Shown here: positions 11,675 through 21,651 of the stretch, one piece after another
How positions within the stretch are numbered: position 1 is the first letter of the stretch
Layout: every line of letters starts with the position of its first letter
Assembly: GCA_963665665.1 (NCBI GenBank)
Contig: OY762428.1
Coordinates: 1,856,001-1,920,000 of the forward strand
Length of the DNA stretch: 64,000 nucleotides
Direction: 5' to 3'
Source: Candidatus Kapaibacterium sp.
GTDB taxonomy: Bacteria; Bacteroidota; Ignavibacteria; Kapaibacteriales; UBA2268
Translations under genes and position numbers: made by a program
The notes under the pieces: generated by a model
Told to the model about the DNA's origin: nothing
Database searches by the model: none
Seen by the model: the letters and a program-made list of their open reading frames with translations, nothing else

Positions 11675-12445
11675 TTAATTTTTAATAAACGGAGTTGTTT
11701 TTCCGTCAATGATAACGAAATACAGGCCCGGAATCAAGGTGGAAATATCAATTTTCCCGGAATTATTGGAAGCAACAGGCTGAATAACTTCAGTGCCAAT
11801 GCTGCTGACGATTCTGATTTCCTTAAATTCAATATCAGGAATAATTATATAGTCGCTGGCCGGGTTAGGATAAACAGCAACTTGTGTATTGTTGAGTTCC
11901 TCTACCGAATTCGGAGTCAGCCATTCGGTTATTACAGAATTCATTGGGCTAACCTGTGTAGCCACCCAGCGATATAAAGTGCCGTCTTCATTTATCAGGT
12001 ATTTCTGGAAGTTCCACTGCACTTCCGAATCCATAACGCCATTTTTATCTTTTTGGGTTAGCCATTGGTAAACGGGATGAATATCAGCGCCTTTCACCGA
12101 TATTTTGGACATCATGGTAAAAGTAACCCCATAAGTAGATTTGCAAAAATCTTCAATGTCTTCATCCGAGCCGGGCTCCTGGTTCATGAAGTTATTTGCA
12201 GGAAAACCGATTATCTCGAAATTATCCCCGCCGTATTCTTCATAAAGCTGCTGTAACTGAGCGTACTGGGATGTATAACCGCAATACGATGCTGTATTGA
12301 CTATTAGCAGCTTTTTGCCTTCAAGTTCAGAAAAACTTAACGAATCACCATTTATTTTCTTTGCGCCAAGACTGTAAAAATCTTCGGCAGCAAAACTAAT
12401 CAACGGAATTAAAAGCAAAAAAATTATTGTAGAAATACGTTTCAT
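11675..12445 (-). CDS. Glutathione peroxidase-family protein with signal peptide and T9SS type-A C-terminal domain
   Basis: VNTASYCGYT, GFPANNF..QEPG and WNFQKYLI motifs, then a VYPNPASD...GLYFV tail. Confidence 0.88.
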   Translation of the reverse strand: MKRISTIIFLLLIPLISFAAEDFYSLGAKKINGDSLSFSELEGKKLLIVNTASYCGYTSQYAQLQQLYEEYGGDNFEIIGFPANNFMNQEPGSDEDIEDFCKSTYGVTFTMMSKISVKGADIHPVYQWLTQKDKNGVMDSEVQWNFQKYLINEDGTLYRWVATQVSPMNSVITEWLTPNSVEELNNTQVAVYPNPASDYIIIPDIEFKEIRIVSSIGTEVIQPVASNNSGKIDISTLIPGLYFVIIDGKTTPFIKN

Positions 12446-12621
12446 ATTACTCTTCCTGCAAAATATTAAAAATACTAATCAGCAATATAGTATTTTTTCT
12501 ATTTCAAAAAAATTTATTTAAGCCTGTGAAAAAATATCCAGGTTTAAAAAATATTCATTGCTTTATGAATGATTTTTTTTTATTATTCTGCTGACGGATT
12601 AGAACAAAAAAAGGATGGATC

Positions 12622-14937
12622 ATGAAAAAAATATATGTTTTTATTCTTCTTGCTATTTTACCAGCAGTATTGCCGGCTCAAAAATTGGTAAAAGAAATTA
12701 ATCTTTCTGCCGGTTCAGCTTTTATACACAACTCGGCCGGGCCGGTAATACTAAAATCCGATGATGCCAGGCTAAGAATTGTTGCAGCAAACACACTGAG
12801 TTCCAATATAACCATACTGCATACACGCTCGGGTGCTGTTGTTAATATTCCCGTATCAGGCAGGGCATTGCAGCACCTGAAATCAGCATCGATGGCAATC
12901 AGCAAACGTACTGGATTTGTATATTTGTGCGGAATTAAAAAACTTATTGTAGTGAATCCGGATAACGGACAAGCAGAAAGCTATGATACTGAATATCAGT
13001 TCGAATCCGTTGCAGTAGATCCATCCAGCGGAAATGCTCTCCTTGCAGGAAGGGAATGTCCAGGGCTGGGATTTTATAATTACCAGGATAAAGAGTTTGA
13101 AATTATTGACTGGCTGGAATCCGGCGAAGAACTTAAAAATGAAAACCAGACACCACCCCCGCCCATAAGAAGAATAGCAGCATATCCATCAAAGAAAATG
13201 TTTATCGCTATAGACGGTTATGAAGCAAAAATGTATAATGTCGGGGCTGCTGACGGTAAAATACTATCCAACAGGGAATTAAACCTTACCAAAGGCGGGC
13301 GCTGGCATGTTGCCGGCCTGAATGACGGAACTGGTGCTATATATATTATGACGGAGAATAAAAGACGCCGCCCGGTGGAAGCTGCAAAAATCGACCTTAA
13401 GGGAAGTAAAGATATAATTGTGAAAATGGATCAGAATTTCAGCGAGCCGGCAGGAATAAATTATAATTCGTTGCTGGATGAAATGTATGTTCCATACGAC
13501 AACCAACCTTCAGTTCACGTTATTGATTTTAAAAAGGACGGTAAAATAAGTGAAATTGCAATTCCGGCTTACGGAAATGACGGCTCGGTGGTTGACGAGC
13601 AAAAACACCGATTGTATATCGCAAGCTGGGCCCTGGGAGAAATTGAAGTAATAGACCTGAAAAAAAGAAAATTTCTACACAGTTTCAAAAACCTTGGAAT
13701 TATTCCCCACATGTTCGCGTTTGCAATAAACAATCATAAACTTTATTATCCGGTTGGTGCAACTGCTGTTAACGGTTGCTTCGGGGCTTCCGTTACGGAA
13801 TTGGATCCAATGTCGGGTGATATTAATAAACATAATACCGGATGGTGCCCCGTTGATATAATCGACATGCCGTCGCGCAGCAGCGTTTTGGTATTCAACA
13901 ACGAGGATGAATTTGCCGAAATAGAATCAGACTATAAATTCAGGTTTCATAAACTGCCATGGCCACACCCTATTGCTTGTTGTGCCGGTAATGACGGAGA
14001 TATTCAGTTAAGTTACGGAGCTCACCAGTCATATTGGCCAAATGTTTATATCTGGGATTCCAAAAACGGAATACTGCGAATAGATGACAGACTAACTTTT
14101 CACGACAGGCGCATTCCTGCACAGGCACTTCAAATGATAAAAACTAATGACGGCAGGTTCTTCCTCAGCTCTAATAACTGGGGGCGGCGAGAACAGTTTA
14201 TCAGTGTACTCAGGGACGGGATACGCAAGCACGAAATCGGCGACAGAATAAGAATGCCCGATACAGTATCAAGAGAAACAACTCAAAGAATAATGAAATA
14301 CGACAGCGTTAACAATATTGTGTTTCTTTGCAGAGTTGGCGAAAAAGAAGGCGACCCGGGAATATTGCAGGTGATTTCTGCGGACAGCAATAAAGTGATT
14401 GCCAGGATGGAAACAGGGATTAATCCGACAGACCTGGCTTTTGACGACAACAAAATATATGTTGCCAATTTCGGTTCTGATAATATATATGTTTTCGACA
14501 GAAATAGTTATGAACTTTCTGGCCAAATAGAGATTGAAAAACCGCTAAAGATGACATCAATAAATAATACAATCCTTGCAGTAAGCCATAGCGGATCTAT
14601 TGTTCTTGATGTTACCAGCGAAAAAGAATATGACATTCCAACAGAAGGAAATCTGGAAAATATTTTTAATTGGGGTAAATATGCGTTAATAAGTGCTTTT
14701 ACACCTGATAATCTGACGATTTATTCAATAAATATGGAGAACAACGATTTAAAGCCAGTTTTTTCAAGCCCTTATAAATATGGAGAAACATCATTTGCCA
14801 CCACAAACTCGGCTTTTTATATGAGCGGACAGTACGGCGATGCTATTCTGTCGCTGACACGTGGTATTGAAAGGGCTGACGGTAGTTTTTGGATTTCAGA
14901 TTTTCTGTCCGGTAAAGTCTTTGTATTAGAGAATTAA
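12622..14937 (+). CDS. Secreted YncE/YVTN-like beta-propeller protein
   Basis: Signal peptide; repeats such as NPTDLAFDDNKIYVANFGSDNIYVFD. Confidence 0.6.
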   Translation: MKKIYVFILLAILPAVLPAQKLVKEINLSAGSAFIHNSAGPVILKSDDARLRIVAANTLSSNITILHTRSGAVVNIPVSGRALQHLKSASMAISKRTGFVYLCGIKKLIVVNPDNGQAESYDTEYQFESVAVDPSSGNALLAGRECPGLGFYNYQDKEFEIIDWLESGEELKNENQTPPPPIRRIAAYPSKKMFIAIDGYEAKMYNVGAADGKILSNRELNLTKGGRWHVAGLNDGTGAIYIMTENKRRRPVEAAKIDLKGSKDIIVKMDQNFSEPAGINYNSLLDEMYVPYDNQPSVHVIDFKKDGKISEIAIPAYGNDGSVVDEQKHRLYIASWALGEIEVIDLKKRKFLHSFKNLGIIPHMFAFAINNHKLYYPVGATAVNGCFGASVTELDPMSGDINKHNTGWCPVDIIDMPSRSSVLVFNNEDEFAEIESDYKFRFHKLPWPHPIACCAGNDGDIQLSYGAHQSYWPNVYIWDSKNGILRIDDRLTFHDRRIPAQALQMIKTNDGRFFLSSNNWGRREQFISVLRDGIRKHEIGDRIRMPDTVSRETTQRIMKYDSVNNIVFLCRVGEKEGDPGILQVISADSNKVIARMETGINPTDLAFDDNKIYVANFGSDNIYVFDRNSYELSGQIEIEKPLKMTSINNTILAVSHSGSIVLDVTSEKEYDIPTEGNLENIFNWGKYALISAFTPDNLTIYSINMENNDLKPVFSSPYKYGETSFATTNSAFYMSGQYGDAILSLTRGIERADGSFWISDFLSGKVFVLEN

Positions 14938-14939
14938 AC

Positions 14940-15569
14940 ATGGGAAACAAAGCTTTATTTTTTGATTTCGACGGGGTAATAATTGATGCCGTACCGATAA
15001 AAAACGATGCGGTCAGGGAACTATTTGCCGAATATGAAGGCCGGATACTTAATAAAATAATGGAATATCAAAAAAATACCGGTGGAATTTCCAGATACGA
15101 GAAATTCAGATATATCTATGCCAATATCCTAATCGAGCCTTTGCCGGACTATAAACTGGAAAAACTTGCCGGAAAGTTCAGCTCGATAATTAAAGAGAAA
15201 TTGATAAAAGCTGCGGTAATTCCGGGTGTAATTGATTTTATTTTCAAGTATAAAAAAAGATATAAAACTTATATTGTTTCCGGAACGCCGCAGCATGAAC
15301 TGGAAAAACTTGTAGAAGCAAGAGGATGGAGCAGTTTGTTCAATAAAATCTGCGGTTCACCTCCGGGCAAAAGCCTGCTGCTGCAAGAGCTGATAGATTC
15401 TGAAGGTATTGCTCCCTACAAATCAATTTTATTTGGTGATGCAATTGTTGATATGAATGCAGCAAATGATAATGATGTTAGTTTCGTGCTTGTCGATTCG
15501 CAGGACAATGCCGAATTGAAACAAGTTTGCCCGATTATTATCGCCGATTTTATTAATTTTGAACTTTAA
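14940..15569 (+). CDS. HAD-superfamily hydrolase
   Basis: FDFDGVIID (motif I), VSGT, K and GDAIVD motifs. Confidence 0.88.
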   Translation: MGNKALFFDFDGVIIDAVPIKNDAVRELFAEYEGRILNKIMEYQKNTGGISRYEKFRYIYANILIEPLPDYKLEKLAGKFSSIIKEKLIKAAVIPGVIDFIFKYKKRYKTYIVSGTPQHELEKLVEARGWSSLFNKICGSPPGKSLLLQELIDSEGIAPYKSILFGDAIVDMNAANDNDVSFVLVDSQDNAELKQVCPIIIADFINFEL

Positions 15570-15595
15570 ATATTAGTAATACCAACAGGAACAAT

Positions 15596-16441
15596 ATGAA
15601 ATACCTTGTTCTGGGAAACAAAGGACAGCTTGGCAGGGAGTTTGAAGATACTTTTATCCAGAAGGGATACGACTTCTCCGCGTATGACATTGATAAGGTT
15701 GATATATCAAATTATAAAGATATCAAGTCGCTGATTGAATCAGTAAATCCTGGAATAATAATTAATTGTGCTGCTTATAATCAGGTAGATGCGGCTGAAT
15801 CAGATTATTATAGCGCCATGAAAGCTAATTACACAGGGCCGCTTAACTTAGTTAATATTTCAACAGACAGAAAAATTAAATTATTGCACTTTTCTACGGA
15901 CTATGTATATGACGGTGGCAAATCTGAACCATACAACGAAGATGATGAAGCCAATCCCCTTTCAATATATGCAAAATCCAAATACATGGGCGAAAGGGCA
16001 GTTCTTGAAAATTCCGACAAAAGCCTTGTGCTAAGGGTTAGCTGGGTATTTGGAAAGGGACGGCAGAATTTTATTTATCGCCTACTGCAATGGGCCGGGA
16101 AAAATCCGGAACTTAAAATTGTAACTGATGAAATATCGGTTCCCACATGGACGGGCAGTATTGTGGAAATATGCATGAAATCGTTGGAGCAGGGACTTTC
16201 AGGCTTGTATTGCTCACCAAACAGCGCTTCGGCATCCAGGTACGATTGGGCAGTGAAAGCAATGAAAATCCTTGGCAAGGATATTAAAATCATACCTTGT
16301 AAATCCGAAATTTTCGATCTGCCTGCAAAAAGGCCGGGCTACTCGGTAATGACAAACCAAAGAATATCGGAAACCCTGAGCATTGAAATTCCTGAATGGC
16401 ATGAGGTTCTGAACAGTTTTTTGCAAAACGAGATTATTTAA
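15596..16441 (+). CDS. rfbD: dTDP-4-dehydrorhamnose reductase
   Basis: GNKGQLG, INCAAYN, STDYVYDG, YAKSK and AKRPGYS motifs. Confidence 0.92.
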   Translation: MKYLVLGNKGQLGREFEDTFIQKGYDFSAYDIDKVDISNYKDIKSLIESVNPGIIINCAAYNQVDAAESDYYSAMKANYTGPLNLVNISTDRKIKLLHFSTDYVYDGGKSEPYNEDDEANPLSIYAKSKYMGERAVLENSDKSLVLRVSWVFGKGRQNFIYRLLQWAGKNPELKIVTDEISVPTWTGSIVEICMKSLEQGLSGLYCSPNSASASRYDWAVKAMKILGKDIKIIPCKSEIFDLPAKRPGYSVMTNQRISETLSIEIPEWHEVLNSFLQNEII

Positions 16442-16691
16442 TTCTCTGTTAAGCACCTGATTTCTTGTTAGAAAATGAAATCACAATAATAGCTTTGATA
16501 GAAATCTTTGAAAAATAATTCTGACATCACCACGACTTTTATTCGGAAGGCTTATCGGAGATTAATCAGGAAGCTGTATAAAGCGCAGCTTGCTGCGGAA
16601 TAACTTTCCAAAATTTGCCTACATATTATATCCGTGATTGCAGGATAAACAGGCTTTTTTAAGTATTATCTAACAAAAATAAATCATATTC

Positions 16692-17771
16692 ATGATGAAA
16701 AAAATTATTCAAACAGTATTATTTATATTTTCAACAATTCTTGCTCTGCCTTCTTTTGCACAGGAATCACTGCCCGAATTGCTTGCCGCGTATAAAAAGG
16801 ATTCCCTTTGGATATTCATTGACCACACCGGGGCAGAAACTTTCAGGTCGGACAAAATTGTTGCTGTTGGCGGCATGAATGAAGGCCTGATAAGAACCCG
16901 TTATGATAATGGCAACGACACTGTCTGGGCTTTTTTCGATATTTATGGTAATAAAAAATTTGAAAGTAAATATTACCAGGTAAGAAATTTTTCCGACGGG
17001 ATGGCGCTGACAGTTCTGAAAAAAAATGATTACTATATCCGCTACGGCTACATAGATAATGAAGGAAATGAATTAATACCTCCTCAGTTTGCTGATGCCC
17101 GTGATTTCCACGAAGGCCTGGCTTATGCCATGCTTGGAAATAAAAGAGGATTTATAAACAAAAAAGGTGAATTTGTACTGGATATTGCAGACAGGTTCAG
17201 TTCAAAATTCAGCGAGGGGCTGGCACAAGTTTCTAACTCAGACTTTAAGTTCGGATTTATTGACAGGGAAGGCCAAACAGTAGTTCCATTTCGTTTCGAT
17301 GAAGCAAGGGATTTTAGTGAAGGGCTGGCTGCTGTTAATATAAATGCGGAATTCGGATATATTGATAGATCCGGCAATATTGTTATCGAGCCGAAATATG
17401 ATTTGTGCCGTGAGTTTTCCGAAGGGCATACATTTGTAGCAATTGCCGGTACTGATTTAAGGCGGAAATGGGGAATGATAAATAGTCAAGGTGAAAACCT
17501 CACTCCTTTTACTTACGACAACTACAGGGTTTTCAGCGAGGGGCTGGCTGCCGTTTATAAAAATAAAGAATGGCGTTATATCAACTCCAAAGGAGAAGCG
17601 GCATTTAACAGGTTCTTTTCAACTGCCGGGCCGTTCAAAGCAGGGCTTGCATGGGCAACCGATGCAACGAATCCTACTTACGGCTTTATTAACCGCTCAG
17701 GTTTTTATTCCTTCGAGATAGAGAAACCCGACCTTCTGATTGACCTGCGTTTTAACATCAGGGTTTACTAA
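16692..17771 (+). CDS. WG-repeat (KWG-type) protein
   Basis: Signal peptide; repeated FSEGLA...GYID/GFIN units. Confidence 0.85.
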   Translation: MMKKIIQTVLFIFSTILALPSFAQESLPELLAAYKKDSLWIFIDHTGAETFRSDKIVAVGGMNEGLIRTRYDNGNDTVWAFFDIYGNKKFESKYYQVRNFSDGMALTVLKKNDYYIRYGYIDNEGNELIPPQFADARDFHEGLAYAMLGNKRGFINKKGEFVLDIADRFSSKFSEGLAQVSNSDFKFGFIDREGQTVVPFRFDEARDFSEGLAAVNINAEFGYIDRSGNIVIEPKYDLCREFSEGHTFVAIAGTDLRRKWGMINSQGENLTPFTYDNYRVFSEGLAAVYKNKEWRYINSKGEAAFNRFFSTAGPFKAGLAWATDATNPTYGFINRSGFYSFEIEKPDLLIDLRFNIRVY

Positions 17772-17896
17772 GCAACAATTCGGTTACACAATTTCAAATA
17801 AGAAAATTCTTAAGATAATTTTTAATATCTTTATTAAATTCTCGTATCTTACGAGAATTTTTATTATAAATTGAAATTATCAATAGTCAGGATTTT

Positions 17897-20485
17897 ATGA
17901 GTTTTCTGAAGAATATTTTCCGAAAAGAAGAAACCGAACCGGCAAGAACAATAGATTCTGCCGCACTTTGGAATATTCAGAAAAAATTCAGGAATTTCCA
18001 CGCGATACTGGACAACAACAGCGAATCCTTAAGGATAATGAGCGATATGGAGGAAAAGACCCACGGGGATTACCTTTTCGATATGAATTACATTGAAAAA
18101 TCACTTGTTGACCTTAGAAATTGCGTACAGGATATCCTTGAAAACCTAATGCTCCTGGGGGGCGAAGAGTATTATAGCCTTGTGGAAAAAACAAGAGAAA
18201 TAAACGAGGAAGTTGAACATCTTCTGAAGAATCAGTATCTTATTCCAAAATCTGATTTTACGATCAATTTTTTCGGGCTGACACATGACAAAATCGATAT
18301 GATAGGCTCGAAAAACGCTCAGCTCAGCGAGGTGAAAACAAAACTGGGCATACAGACTCCTGCGGGATTTGCAATTACTACATGGGCATACAAACATTTC
18401 CTGAATGAAAACAAAGTCGATGAGCTGATTATGAATAAGCTCCGCGACGTTGATATAAAAAATTATGAGGACCTTGTTAAAGTCAGCAGTGAGATAAGGC
18501 AGGCCATAAGCAAAACAAAAGTTCCTGATGATCTTGCAGAAGCTATCAAAAATTCATATAGCGAGTTAATTCAGAATACCGGCGATGAAATGGTTTCCAT
18601 GCGTTCAAGCGCGCTTGGGGAAGATTCGCAGCTGACATTTGCAGGGCAGTATGCTACTTACCTGAATGTAAAAGAAGAAGAGGTAATTGACAGATACCGC
18701 GATGTTATTGCAAGTAAATTTACTCCAAGGGCTATTTACTACCTACTGAGCCATTCCCTGCTTAAAAGCGAGCTGGCGATGAGCGTTGGATGTGTGGAAA
18801 TGATCGATGCCGGAAAAAGCGGCGTAATTTATACCCGCGACCCGGTTACCCCGGATGACGGAACCTTGCTGATACATTCGATTTACGGCCTTGGCAAGCA
18901 CCTTGTTGATGGCACGATTACACCGGACAGAATAAAAGTATCCCGTGATAATGGGAAATTGATTGATATTGCCATTTCAGACAAACCGGATATGCTCGTA
19001 ACAAGAGAAGACGGGGGTATTGAAAAAGTCAGGCTATCCAACAGGCTAAGGAAGACTCTTTCCCTGAGCAATGAAGAAATTGGAATACTTACTTACCTTG
19101 CACATAAAATTGAAGAACACTATGGCAAGCCCCTTGATATAGAATGGGCAATCGACAGAGAGGGCGAGCCCTTTATATTACAGATAAGGCCATTGCAGGT
19201 AATGAATTCACGTCCGGGAGATGCAGGCAGCTATGATTCCGGAAATCTGAAAAAACTTGCATCGGGCGGCATTACTGTTTGCCCCGGTGGTGGTATCGGC
19301 AGAATTTACCGCGTTACGAGTTCCAGCGATTTCGTGGATATGCCAGACAATGCGGTAATTGTTGCACCACATACATTCCCTAATATGATAGCTGTAATGA
19401 ATAAAACATCTGCAATTATTGCTGTTGAAGGCAGTTCGGCAAGCCACACAGCTACAATTGCCAGGGAATACCGAATCCCGACAATTGTTGGAATGCATGG
19501 TGTGGAAAATCTTAAAGACGGCGAAATTGTTACCGTTGACGCTACTAATAAAGCGATTTTCAAGGGAACACATTCAGATATTTTGCTCGCAGTGAAGCCT
19601 GATTTTGATTATTTCAAAGATGACCCGCTGTTTGATATTCTTAAGAAAGTTCTTACGAAAATATCCCCGTTGAACCTGATCAACCCGAATGATCCTTCTT
19701 TCAAACCATCGAATTGTATTACTTTTCATGATATACTCAGGTATGCCCATCAGAAAGCAATGAAGGAAATGTTCGAGAGCGCAGGCAAAGCCGACAGTGA
19801 ATCTATTGGTATAAAAATGAAAAGCAGTATACCGTTGGATGTATATATTATTTATATCGACCGCGATCCCGCAGAAATAGTTGCACAAAAACATGTTGAT
19901 GAAAACGAAATCGGTTCGGTTCCAATGGAAGCATTCTGGTTAGGTGTAAAAGAAATCGGCCTTCCAAAATGCCCTAAACCAGATAATCCCTACGCACACA
20001 TATCAATTTCCGCAACTAATAAAGTAACTCACACACATAAGGATTTTTCAAAAAACAGTTTTGCTATTCTTGGCAAGGAGTTTATGATCCTGAGCCTGAA
20101 AATGGGTTATCATTTTTCAACTGTGGAAGCCATGTGCAGCGATAAAATATCAAAAAATTACATCAAACTGCAATTTAAGGAAGGCGGGGCCTCTCTGGAC
20201 AGAAGAGCAAGAAGGATACGCCTTATAACAACCATTTTGGATGAAATGGGATTTAATAACAAGGGAATGGAAGATTTTCTCGATTCATCAATTATAAATA
20301 TTTCAAAGGAATCGGCAATCGAGAAGGTCAGGATGCTTGGGATGCTCTCAATATTAACCAAACAACTTGACATGACACTTGTTAATGATTCAATAACAAA
20401 CTGGTATATAAACGAGATAAGAATAAAAATGGGATTACCCCGCAAAGATATTAAAAAGTACAACTCTGAAAATGGAGCCAATTGA
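17897..20485 (+). CDS. PEP-synthase/PPDK-like protein (nucleotide-binding domain plus phospho-His swivel domain, atypical C-terminus)
   Basis: IGSKNAQL, MRSSALGED..FAGQY, DIEWAID..ILQIRP and SHTATIAREY motifs. Confidence 0.82.
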   Translation: MSFLKNIFRKEETEPARTIDSAALWNIQKKFRNFHAILDNNSESLRIMSDMEEKTHGDYLFDMNYIEKSLVDLRNCVQDILENLMLLGGEEYYSLVEKTREINEEVEHLLKNQYLIPKSDFTINFFGLTHDKIDMIGSKNAQLSEVKTKLGIQTPAGFAITTWAYKHFLNENKVDELIMNKLRDVDIKNYEDLVKVSSEIRQAISKTKVPDDLAEAIKNSYSELIQNTGDEMVSMRSSALGEDSQLTFAGQYATYLNVKEEEVIDRYRDVIASKFTPRAIYYLLSHSLLKSELAMSVGCVEMIDAGKSGVIYTRDPVTPDDGTLLIHSIYGLGKHLVDGTITPDRIKVSRDNGKLIDIAISDKPDMLVTREDGGIEKVRLSNRLRKTLSLSNEEIGILTYLAHKIEEHYGKPLDIEWAIDREGEPFILQIRPLQVMNSRPGDAGSYDSGNLKKLASGGITVCPGGGIGRIYRVTSSSDFVDMPDNAVIVAPHTFPNMIAVMNKTSAIIAVEGSSASHTATIAREYRIPTIVGMHGVENLKDGEIVTVDATNKAIFKGTHSDILLAVKPDFDYFKDDPLFDILKKVLTKISPLNLINPNDPSFKPSNCITFHDILRYAHQKAMKEMFESAGKADSESIGIKMKSSIPLDVYIIYIDRDPAEIVAQKHVDENEIGSVPMEAFWLGVKEIGLPKCPKPDNPYAHISISATNKVTHTHKDFSKNSFAILGKEFMILSLKMGYHFSTVEAMCSDKISKNYIKLQFKEGGASLDRRARRIRLITTILDEMGFNNKGMEDFLDSSIINISKESAIEKVRMLGMLSILTKQLDMTLVNDSITNWYINEIRIKMGLPRKDIKKYNSENGAN

Positions 20486-21030
20486 TGAAACAAAGTATTT
20501 TAGTAGTTGATGACGATACACACATGCTAAGGCTGGTTGAAAAGATCGTTCACGAGAAAACGCTCCACAGGGTTGCTACAACTAACAATTCTCTGGAAGT
20601 GCCGAATATGCTGAAAGATAAAACCTATGATGTGATTCTGACTGACCTGAGAATGCCTGGTATGGACGGAATGGATATCCTGAAATGGACTGTTGAAAAC
20701 AAGCGATTTGAGCAAGTGATTATGATGACGGCATTTGGAACCCTGGAAACAGCTGTTGAAGCAATGACTCACGGAATTTTTGATTATATTATTAAGCCTT
20801 TCAAGAAAGAAGAAATAATTTTCAGCCTTGAAAGGGCAATGATGTTCCAGAAAACAAAAAGAAAATATATGCATTTAAGTAAAATTTGTAACAACAAAAG
20901 TTATAAAGAAGCATTGAATTCATTCCACATGGAATATATATCCAGGTTAATTGAAAAATATCCCAATACCGAAGATGCTATTAATGAATCCGGTATAGAC
21001 CCGGAATTATTGAAAAAATATATTGATTAA
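20482..21030 (+). CDS. Response regulator (receiver domain plus short C-terminal helical tail)
   Basis: VVDDD, TDLRMPGMDG, MTAFG and IKPF motifs; overlaps the upstream stop codon. Confidence 0.88.
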   Translation: MMKQSILVVDDDTHMLRLVEKIVHEKTLHRVATTNNSLEVPNMLKDKTYDVILTDLRMPGMDGMDILKWTVENKRFEQVIMMTAFGTLETAVEAMTHGIFDYIIKPFKKEEIIFSLERAMMFQKTKRKYMHLSKICNNKSYKEALNSFHMEYISRLIEKYPNTEDAINESGIDPELLKKYID

Positions 21031-21102
21031 GGTTTGTTTTAATTAGTAGGTCCGGAGCAAAAAGATAAAAATTCAGACACATTTTTTATAAGGAGTTTTA
21101 TC

Positions 21103-21639
21103 ATGAAAACAGCAAACGCGGAAGGCCTGATGATACCTTTAGATAGTTATCCTCATATTCCATATTGGTTTACTATCAGAGAATGCATCGCCTTGCTGCA
21201 CCACTCGGAATTAGAAATTAACGGAAAAAAATCCCTTGCAAGGGCTGTTCTCGTGTTCGACGAAGAATATAAGCTGCTTGGAATGGTCAGGAGGCGCGAT
21301 ATTCTAAGAGGCCTTGAGTCCGTTGATTTCCTTAATAAAGAACATAATTCAGAGAAAATGCTCTTTGAAATTGATCCGGATCCAAACTTACTGGAAGTTT
21401 CAGCCGAGCCTCTGATAAGGAAAATCAAAGAAAAAGCAGAAACAACAGTTGGTGAAATCATGGTGCCCGTTAAAGCGACAGTAAACCATGACGACCATTT
21501 AATTAAAATTATCTATGAGATCAGCGAGTATCAGCACGGCATGATTGCCGTTATGGAAGAAGATGTTGTTGTTGGTGTGATTAGAACTGTAGAGATCATG
21601 GATGAAATAAGAAAGATTTTGGGAATTGATCATTCTTAA
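21103..21639 (+). CDS. CBS-domain protein
   Basis: LVFDEEYKLLGMVRRRDIL and VVVGVIRTVEI form a CBS pair; AGGAG RBS upstream. Confidence 0.8.
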   Translation: MKTANAEGLMIPLDSYPHIPYWFTIRECIALLHHSELEINGKKSLARAVLVFDEEYKLLGMVRRRDILRGLESVDFLNKEHNSEKMLFEIDPDPNLLEVSAEPLIRKIKEKAETTVGEIMVPVKATVNHDDHLIKIIYEISEYQHGMIAVMEEDVVVGVIRTVEIMDEIRKILGIDHS

Positions 21640-21651
21640 AAGGAAAATTTT

